From assembly GCA_964016885.1 (NCBI GenBank), contig OZ024741.1:104284001-104348000 (forward strand): 64,000 nt of DNA, given 5' to 3'. The notes beneath the pieces were generated by a model, which was not told the origin of the DNA, searched no databases, and saw only the letters and a program-made list of their open reading frames with translations. Position numbers and translations under genes: made by a program. Below, in pieces: positions 54,977-64,000 of the stretch. Each line of letters begins with the position of its first letter. The stretch's first letter is position 1. Source of the stretch: Eledone cirrhosa. Lineage: Eukaryota.

Positions 54977-55371
54977 CAGACCTGCCAACCTCTAAAAACC
55001 CAAACGGGGAGTGCCATGAAAAATGTGCCCCAAAACGGGGAGAAATGAGGCAAAAATGGGGAGATTTTACATAATTGTTTCTACTTTTGGCACAAGGCCA
55101 TAAATTACCCAGTGCATTACTGGTACTTTATTTTATCGACCCCGTAAGGATGAAAGGTAAAGTTAACCTCGGCGGGATTTGAACTCAGATCATAAAGGGA
55201 GGTAACTCTATGCTACAAAGCATGGTGTCCGACCCTCTACCAATACTGCAAATCCACCGGGAGATTTTACATAATGAAAGCTAAACCCATTTTCACAAGA
55301 GAAGACATCTATCACCCACCCTAAAGTGGGTGGGCGATCTCCCCGTCGGACGGGGAGAGTTGATAGGTCTG
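54977..55371. mobile_element. hAT-like MITE with 6-bp TSD AATTAC, containing a SINE (55076-55258) with a 17-bp TSD
   Basis: TIRs cagacctgccaac/gttgataggtctg; AATTAC at 54971-54976 and 55372-55377; gggagattttacataat at 55059-55075 and 55259-55275. Confidence 0.8.
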
Positions 55372-55964
55372 AATTACATTGAGGAAAAGTCATTTTAGCT
55401 ATTCTAAAAAACACAAAAAGTTGTTAAATTCACTTTACAATGGTCTTATTAAACAGAAACTGCGTAATAGGATAACTGTAACTTGATAAGGTCTGCCTTT
55501 CCCATACCAGTAATTGGTGCGTGTTGGTGACTTGTTTACAGAATATAAGAATCAAGAAATATGAATGATGTCTAGTATATGAGTTTAGTTTATAGTTGGC
55601 TTTAATTTTCTAATTGTATTGTTTATGGGTTAGGACAACTGACAGTCTATTTCATGGATAGTTTTGTGTTTGTTCTAGATGTATTTACATTCAGATTTGA
55701 GTAATTGACTGTTTTATTTACATTTATCATTTATTTCTCGGTTTCAAATTTTTCGTCACATTATTTGCAATCTCTAATATAAGACTTGGATGGGAAGTCC
55801 TATATTACACTTTTGAAAAGAAAAAAAAAAAAAAGAATTGAACCTAGGCAACGCCTCGACACTCAGACTGTGTTCGATCCCTCTAATTATAGGTTTAAAA
55901 CGGGAGTTATATAATCTGGTCTACATGCTGTGTATTCAGGTCATATTTGGTCCACCATAATAAC

Positions 55965-57135
55965 TTTGAATTCAGGCACAAGGCCAATGATATTTGGAGA
56001 GGAGAAAGTTGATTATATCGATTCCAGTACTTGTTTGGTAATTTATTTTATCAATCCCAGAAAGATGTAAGATAAAGTTAATCTTGGCGGAATTTTAACT
56101 CGGGTAAAGGGCTGTAACTAAACGTAAATTGCCGTAAATAAAATGTAAAGGACCCATAGTAATTGTTTCTACATTTGGCACAAGGCCAGCAATTTTAAGG
56201 GAAGAATAAATCGATTAAATCTTTATTTCATCGAACCCGTAAGGATGAAAGGCAACGCTAAACTCGATGGGATTTGAACTTAGAACGTAAAGGGCCGCAA
56301 CTATATGCCGTAAAGCATGTTGTCCGATGCACTACCGATACTGCCAATCCACTGTCCTGGAAGGACCCATAATAATGGTTTCTGATTTAGGCACAAGGCC
56401 AGAAATTTGGGGGAGGGGAAAGTCGATTAAATCAATCCCAGTGCATTACTGGTACTTTACTTTATCGACCCCGTAAGGATGAAAAGCAAAGTTAACCTCG
56501 ACGGGAATTGAACTCAGATCGTAAAGGGGCGTAACTGTATGCCACAAAGGAAAGGACCCATAATAATTGTCTACTTTAGGCAAAAAGCCAAACATTTTGG
56601 GGGAAGGGAAAGTCGATTAAATCGACTCCAGTACATTACTGGTACCTTAAAGGGGCGTAACTGTATGCCACAAAGGAAAGGACTCATAATAATTGTCTAC
56701 TTTAGGCAAAAAGCCAAACATTTTGGGGGAAGGGAAAGTCGATTAAATCGACTCTAGTACATTACTGGTACCGTAAAGGGGCGTAACTGTATGCCACAAA
56801 GGAAAGGACCCATAATAATTGTCTACTTTAGGCAAAAAGCCAACCATTTTGGAGGAGGGGAAAGTCGATTAAATCGAATCCAGTACATTACTGGTACCGT
56901 AAAGGGGCGTAACTGTATGCCACAAAGGAAAGGACCCATAATAATTGTCTACTTTAGGCAAAAAGCCAACCATTTTGGGGGAGGGGAAAGTCGATTAAAT
57001 CGACTCCAGTACATTACTGGTACTTTATTTTATCGACCCCGTAAGGATGAAGGGCAAAGTTAACCTCCGCAGGATTTGAACCCAGAACGCAAAGGGCCGT
57101 AACTCTATACCGCTAAGCGTGTTGTCCGACGCTGA
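55965..57135 (-). repeat. Head-to-tail SINE stack containing a 126-bp x4 tandem repeat (~56521-57025)
   Basis: The unit taaaggggcgtaactgtatgccacaaaggaaaggacccat..cattactggtacc recurs at 126-bp spacing. Confidence 0.88.
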
Positions 57136-57573
57136 CTTACATTGGCTATTAAGATGTATTAAGGGAGATAACTCTATATTGTGCAAGGGAAATAACTAAT
57201 GATAAGAGTTACTTCATCTGATATTAAAAATGTTACACAAACTTCTACAAATATGGTCTATCACTCGAATATGTATAAAACAACATGACACTACCTCGTC
57301 GAGATATAACATGTATTTACACATAACACATTCATATATATATAAATATATGCGTATATTCATACATATTTGGAGTGTATATATTATATGCCTGTATATA
57401 AAGAGCATAAGAGAGTCTCTGTATTAAAGAAAAATAAATTTTCGTTATAAAAAAATATTTTTCTCCCTTTTGACCTGTGAGCATTTCACATATATCTCAG
57501 TAGCCATTGAGAATGTCAGGCAGCTGTTTCAAGATTCACTGAACCGGTACAGAGACGAAAATAGACTAGAACC

Positions 57574-57692
<119 letters not shown>

Positions 57693-58080
57693 ATTGTTAT
57701 ACTTGGGGAGGGTCATATATATATGCAAAAGGCAAATAGAAATAACAAAGCAAACGACACAGTACAATGAAGAAATATATTATTAGTTTTACAAACATAT
57801 AAACACGTGTGTGAGTGTGTGTGCTCGACACCCGTCGGACCCGACGGCGTGTGTTCCAGTTCGAATAATATCCTGCTCATGAAATTAACGTATAAATGTC
57901 TGCTATGGCTTAGTAGCCCAGTCTTTGACATGCATACACGTATAAAGCAGATAAGTTCTAATCTAATGTAAGCAATTCATTGTTCTTGTTTGACCCCAAG
58001 TCAGCACTGGTAGAGTTGACCTACGGCAAAATACATCACTACTATGACCATCTCGTCTTTTATCCAGACACACTATAAAC

Positions 58081-58399
58081 CAGAGGTGTGCAACATATTC
58101 CATTGGTGGGCCACTTTTGAACATTGGAACAACTATTAGGGCCATTAATATTTATTAAGCACTATTCCAAAGATTCACCACAACTTCTTTCCATAACATG
58201 GAACTGGGAAATTATAACACACATAACCTTATCAGTGAAGCCCTTTAGTATAGGTCAACTAACAGAAAATTGTATTACGGTTACGAAAAAAATTCTAAAT
58301 AAGCCTACAAGGTAAAAATTAAAAACGGTCATCGCGGGCCACTTAGACTGGTCTGGCGGGCCGGATTGTGGCCCGCGGGCCGCCTGTTGCATGCCCCTG
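58081..58399. mobile_element. hAT (Charlie-like) MITE
   Basis: TIRs cagaggtgtgcaac/gttgcatgcccctg, subterminal ggcccgcgggcc, and flanks ctataaac / ctatataaac. Confidence 0.75.
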
Positions 58400-58762
58400 C
58401 TATATAAACAGTTCCCCATTATAACAAGCCAGACTAAATATACACTGAATGGTGCTTCATTGCTATTCACCTCACTAGCTAGTCTCCAATGTTTTATGTC
58501 ACAGAATTTACAATTTATCATAAACATTTCTTAAAATTATTTACAGAGATTAGATACATCATATATTTTGTAAAACATTTTAACAATCCACCAATCTTTG
58601 ATAAAAAATATTTTCTAATATTTGTTCTTGCATATTTTTAGAATATTTAGGTACATCTCTCATTTAAACTTTCATTGGTAACCTTTCTGTTACAATATTT
58701 CTAATGAAAGACACTGTTTTGTTGTTGTTGTTGTTGTTGTAAAGGGAATAAACGTAGCTCAC

Positions 58763-58808
58763 CTACTTTGTGGATCCTCTCTTGCCGTTGGTTTCGTCGA
58801 GATGGCAT
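58763..58808 (-). CDS. Possible first coding exon of an unidentified divergent gene (MPSRRNQRQERIHKV)
   Basis: ATG-open 46 nt ending at a good donor G|GTGAG in CpG-richer, non-repetitive DNA, with ACTTCCGG (58967-58974) and TGACG upstream. The protein is not recognised. Confidence 0.3.
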
Positions 58809-59283
58809 ATATCTTTGAGAACCCTATACAAATGAACTTTGGTCAGAACTTATCGATATATTCTCGAGCTCACGCGGCAATCACATCCTTTTGAACCGAC
58901 AGCCAAAGAGAAAGAAAGCTGCCGCGCTGATCGCTCTTCTGCTTACGTGACGCCACTAACCACTATACTTCCGGCAAGCCCCCAGCTTCAGCCCCACACG
59001 TTCCCCTCATCTCAAAGAATGCTCCATCTCCTCACTCCATGTCAAAGTCCGCCATCCACTTGGGAGGATGTTGCTCCCTCGGATACCGCCTCAAAGTTGG
59101 GGTGCTGTTTGCATCGTCTCCTTCGTATCCACCCCGCACACCGGACTACTCGCCTACTCTCCCCAGACTTCTTAATTTTTTTTTACAAACTCCACTGTTC
59201 CAACCTTTTCTCTCGCTGAATTTGCTATTTCCTAAAGAAGGACCTATTTCCGATTTATTGAAACTCTCATTACATATTAACTA

Positions 59284-59354
<71 letters not shown>

Positions 59355-59355
<1 letters not shown>

Positions 59356-61838
59356 AAGAACAAAACTGAAAAGGAACTAGTAGCCAAAGTAGAAGAGACA
59401 CTTAGGAGTGGCAGTACAGCTGATGTGCTAACGGCGAGAACAGCGCTAGACCAGTTCTTCAACGTGAAACACGAAGGTTGTATTGTCAGAGGTAGAACAC
59501 GTGCTCTCAAAGACGAGGGAGCCAAAGCTGTTAGCTGAGCCCGAGTGGCAGAGGCGAAAAGTGGCAACAATTCACAATTCGGTCTTTGGAAAACCAAGAC
59601 GGACGCATAATACTTGAATCCAAACAGATGTGCACGGCCTTCCAGCAGCACTTTGCTCAACTGTTCAGGCAGAGCGGTGATGGTCTTCAGTTCCTACATC
59701 GATGGTCTACCCTATGAGTTTTACATAGGCATTCCAGACTTGTTCTCTGACCTCCTCGAAACAGTCTACTGCAACTGGCAGCAGAACGGAAGAATTCCCA
59801 ATTCTGTAAGCAGAAACGTAGTAACGCTGATCCGGAAAGATGAGGACAAAGGGGATAACATAAGCAATTTCAGACCCATAACTCTGCTCAACGTGTGCAA
59901 TCCCGACCAGGTCCATACATGGAAACCTCCACCTCATGCGATACATCATAGAGAGGGTAGGGTATGAACCTGGCTTCCGTGGGGCTTTGATCAATTTCAA
60001 TCAATCTAAGGCATTTGATAGGGTCGACCATCAATATTTGGAAGCGGTTCTCAAGGCGGCCGGTTTCGGTCCCGTCTTCAGAGGCTGGATCACTGCCATG
60101 CACAGCAACATCGGAGCCATTTCAATCATACGTTCCATCCGTCAAAGATACCCTCTCTCCTCCATTCTGTATGTGCTGAATCTCGAGCCACTGCGGAAGT
60201 TGGAGCTATTGCAGGGCATCCCGATGGAACCAGGACTGCGAAAAGCAGCGTCGGCCTATGCCGATGACATGACCCTAATGGTGTCGAAAACCTCGGAAAT
60301 CGGGGTAATCGGCAACTTATTACAGGAATACGAAACGCTGAGAGGAGCAAAACTAAACACGAACAAGTCTGTCAGTTTGAAACTCGGCACATGGAGAGGC
60401 AAACCGACACCGTCCGACAACGTGAAATTGCTCGGGGTCTGGTTTGGTCCTGACCTCCAGGTGGACAAAAACTGGAACGAGGTTACGGCAAAGGTGTTTG
60501 CACTCATTCAGAAGTGGGCTGAGTGAAAACTCTCCTTAAAAGGTCGAGCGGAGATGGCGAACACTTACACAGCGCCTGTCAACCACTACCGCTTGACAGT
60601 CGTGCATTGTCCCCGCGATCACCTCACCAAAATGGAACATCTACTCTTCAAATTCCTTTGGAAGAAACAGGCTCCATTGGTGAGGAGATCCATCTGCTGT
60701 CAACACCCTTCTAGCGGAGGGCTGGGCATGATGCGCAAATATGCGCTTAGGCTACGCCATCTCCAGGTGTTCCTGATCGGTGTGGTTGTCGTTTGGCGAC
60801 AAGCTTTTCCACAACTCGTCTCGATAACAGAGCTGCAGTCCTGAGTCAAGCGAAGACCGAAAATGGGCGCCTTACACCTCGAATGCTTTCAAGTGCTCAC
60901 ATCCCTCTACCAAGCGGAAACAGCAATCAGCGGATACTCCACGTCGACATTCTATAACTGGAGAATAAGTGCGACGACGTTCTCGGGGAGACTCTAGGCA
61001 TCGAAGAGGGCGAACTCGCCAGTCTGTTCGGGAGGACTTTCCATCCAGGGCCTATGGACAACTTCCAGAGGTCTCTGGCCTGGCAGTGCTACCGAGGAGC
61101 TCTACCAGTTCGAGACAAAATCTACAGGCACGGATGCCCTGGCAGGGATCTTGCCAAAAGGACCTGTCCAAGATGCGAGCAGGACATTGAAACCGTTCTG
61201 CACACAATTGTTCAGTGCCCAGGAGTGACCGACCTGTGGAATTATGTCGAACAGCTACTGTTACGTGTGGGACTTATCCAGTTTTCAGCCGAGTCCATCG
61301 CGAGGATCACCCCGCCGCCTTCATTAGAGAATGAAGGAGAAGCTGTTTTCCTCTGTCTGGTGGTTATGGCGAAAGAGGTAATATGGTGGACGAGGTTGAA
61401 AGGACTGAGGGCAAACGCATCCCTCTCCGGACAACAACTCATCTCCTTCTTTAAATACTACTTCAGAAGGAAGGTGAGAGTGGAGAGAGAGGTGCTACAC
61501 CCCAGTAAATTCGCTGAAAGGTGGGTGAATGTGGCGAAAATGGCCCGAGTGAATGGGCCTTCTCTGTACACAACTCTGTAGGTTGAGGAAGACAAAAAGA
61601 GGGAAGACAGGAACACCTACAAAACGTGCTCCTGGTGTTGAGGGTTGTTCTATCAACGGGCTGTAAAAACAACCCCGCAGTAAGGTTCCCCCTAATGGGG
61701 ATTTCGATTGTTTTATTTTATATATAGTTTATTGTTATTCATCATTGTTAAAGATTTTATGTAACCCCCCCCCCCCCACCGTCATGTCTTGTAATGTCCC
61801 ATTTTTGTACGCTCCTGTGGCAAATAAAGAAAGATATC
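59355..61838 (+). mobile_element. 5'-truncated Tx1/L1-like LINE ORF2 (RT + C-terminal Zn-binding region), frameshifted
   Basis: DGLPYEFY, NFRPITLLN, QSKAFDRVDH, IRQRYPLS, YADD, KLLGVWF, GGLG, CPRC..ETVLHTIVQC; 3' tail aataaagaaa; flanked by (TATC)n. Confidence 0.93.
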
Positions 61839-61855
61839 CATCTATCTATCTACCC

Positions 61856-61918
<63 letters not shown>

Positions 61919-61950
61919 AGTTAGTGTATTGTGTGTGCGTGTATGTCTGT

Positions 61951-61989
<39 letters not shown>

Positions 61990-62504
61990 CATACACATAT
62001 CGACGTCGTACACACACAACCTTCACTGCACATTTTGTTTATTTTCTTTCATTAACTTATCCTCCCTTCCTTCCTCCTATCAATCCATTCATTATCTCTT
62101 CTTTGCCATCTTCCCCTCTCTCTTTCCTTTCATTTTCCTCGTTGTATTCATCCTCTCTCTCATTTCTACTGCTACACTTATAACTTCCATCTTTCTCTCG
62201 TTCACTTTAACTCTTTCCTACAATTCCCTTTTTTTCTTTATTTTGTATATCTCTCTCTTTATCTTTTTCCTTTCTCTCTCTACCTACCTACCCACCTATT
62301 TACCTACCAACATACCTAACTCTATCAGTCTATCCAACTATATACCTATCTAATTGTCTCTCTTTCTACCTTCCTATCTATTGTATTGTCCCTTTCTTGT
62401 TGCGCCCTTGTGGCTAACAAAGAAATCTATCTATCCATTCATCAACCTAACTACATGTTTATCTATATATCTTCCCCGTCCTCTCTCTCATCGACTCCAG
62501 TAAT

Positions 62505-62600
62505 CAGTTATAACGCCGTCTCTGATTGGTCAACAGAGCAGAGAGCACCGACCAAACGCTCACATTTCAATATTGTCTGCTCTGCCTCTCAAGATGGCTG
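62505..62600 (+). promoter_or_regulatory. Likely SELENOI proximal promoter / 5' UTR
   Basis: Reverse CCAAT box (ctgattggt, ~62522-62530) and a YY1/Kozak-like caagATGGC overlapping the start codon. Confidence 0.55.
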
Positions 62601-62650
62601 ATCTAGTTGGCCTCACACCTTCTGTTCTTGCCGGCTTTGACAACTACAAG
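62594..62650 (+). CDS. SELENOI: Exon 1 of ethanolaminephosphotransferase 1 (EPT1/SELENOI family)
   Basis: MADLVGLTPSVLAGFDNYK followed by AAG|GTAACT. It matches the recalled vertebrate SELENOI N-terminus MAGYEYVSPEQLAGFDKYK in length (19 aa) and the LAGFDxYK motif. Confidence 0.85.
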
Positions 62651-63679
62651 GTAACTTTTACATTGCTTTTTTTTCTATACTTACAAACATACTCAATACT
62701 TTTATCTAAGCACACTATAGACACGCTGGATAATTAAGTGAAACCACGTTACAAAAATACACATTTGACTTTCACTCTCCGTTTATTATGTTTCGCTTCT
62801 CTTTCAACATTTTTATCGCTCTCTCTCTCTATATATATCTTTATTTATATATAATATAATATATATATTTCACGCTAAATACAGTATAACTATATGTTGC
62901 AAATAGAATAATATTTACGTAAATACCATAGATGTGGGGCAGGCGAATGTTCGACTAATGTCCGAGCTTCCCATCTCTTGTCTTTCTCCCCTGTATTATA
63001 AAACAATTATTTATATCTGCATCTCCTTCAAGTAAATATGAACAGTGAATGGTATTTGAGATGTATGTTATGTAATTTTCTTTTTTTATGTTTCGTGCGA
63101 CGAAACACACAAAATCTAAATAATGATTGGTTTCGGTCGTTCTAAAAAGGTTTCTTTTCCCTCTTTAGCACCATTATGGTAGTTGTTTAGAAAATTCTCG
63201 ATTGTCTTGACCCTTTAAAGGAATTCTTCGAATATGTCCATCTTGGATAAAGTGAAAGCCAACTGTTGCAGTTCCGACTTTTATTTACAATGTAACTAAC
63301 CCTAATTTGATATTCGGTTCCACTTACTCCACTGTACTAGTTAGTACATTTACATAGATATCTTGTTTTGAGAAAAGCATGAAATTATTTTACAACACTT
63401 CATTTCTCTCCCTCATTCCTTTATCGTACATATCTGACCATTGGGTGGGTGTTGTGAACATGGGAGTTCTGCAGTTAATACTTAGTTTCTGATAGTTTCA
63501 AACCCTCCTACTCTGCGTTCGAATTTCACAGGAGTCGAGTCGTGTTCGCATTTTATTTCGGTCAGAATCACCAGTAATAAGTAGCGGTGATATATTTATA
63601 TATCACTACGGTGCTAAGCCCAGGAGACCACTCATCAAAGTAGTACTCGATGCATAATGGGATGCAGAGTTTGTATATT

Positions 63680-63744
63680 TATTCCTGAAGACGCTTCTCT
63701 GAGTGAAGTCACTGGCAGAAACCATAGGCGCTCGCGGTTGAATA
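63680..63744 (+). ncRNA. Hammerhead ribozyme motif, sense strand of SELENOI intron 1
   Basis: tattc CTGAAGA cgc..agtga ag tcact..gca GAAA cc..gg TT gaata: intact core and stem I, weak stems II and III. Confidence 0.6.
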
Positions 63745-64000
63745 TTTTCTTATAATTCAGTTCGCTTTCAAAATTAAGGTTATTTTATTTCCTAGTTGAA
63801 ACATTCATTTTTTACATTCCTCTGATATGAGCTGACGAAGGAGCATGAATGTTCGGCCGCTTCATGTGCTATAAATAAGCTTTCAAATGTCTTGAATACT
63901 CTACCATATCAGTGAACCTGTTCAGTCAGAGCTAACTCAATGTTACTCAATAAATACAAATCTTTTTGTGTGTCTATATATATATACAAAGACCAAGATC

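Noticed and set aside
56521-57025. CRISPR-like or coding repeat (MPQRKGP.. ORFs)
   Set aside because: There are no unique spacers; this is a SINE-derived tandem repeat in eukaryotic DNA
63500-63645. Minus-strand long-stem HHR (TTGATGA..GAAA)
   Set aside because: The core is mutated and stems I and III are unconvincing

Overview
AT-rich, microsatellite-dense animal genomic DNA, probably from an octopod cephalopod (inferred from the SINE family and repeat style). About 62 kb is a nested mobile-element graveyard upstream of one recognisable host exon: the 57-nt first coding exon of SELENOI/EPT1 (62594-62650, +), which is too short for the ORF track. Most ORF-track entries are microsatellite artefacts. 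The mobile content comprises at least six decayed Penelope-like elements (PLEs; RT and/or GIY-YIG), RTE, Tx1/L1-like and RLE-type LINE remnants, many tRNA-derived SINEs, a non-autonomous Helitron, hAT and mariner MITEs, and three copies of a non-coding tRNA-Trp-primed LTR element. The strongest unexplained signal is RNA-level. There are about ten hammerhead-ribozyme (HHR) motifs, several with greatly enlarged stem II or stem III. Some sit in ORF-less 431-534-bp partial-tandem units (retrozyme-like), and in two of these the 5' end maps at or next to the predicted self-cleavage site. One is capped by a 502-bp spacer-less palindrome hinged 12 nt from that site. A second notable fossil is a 32-nt tRNA-Trp cDNA behind an LTR, with a substitution exactly opposite tRNA position 58 (m1A). 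All folds and alignments were done by eye.
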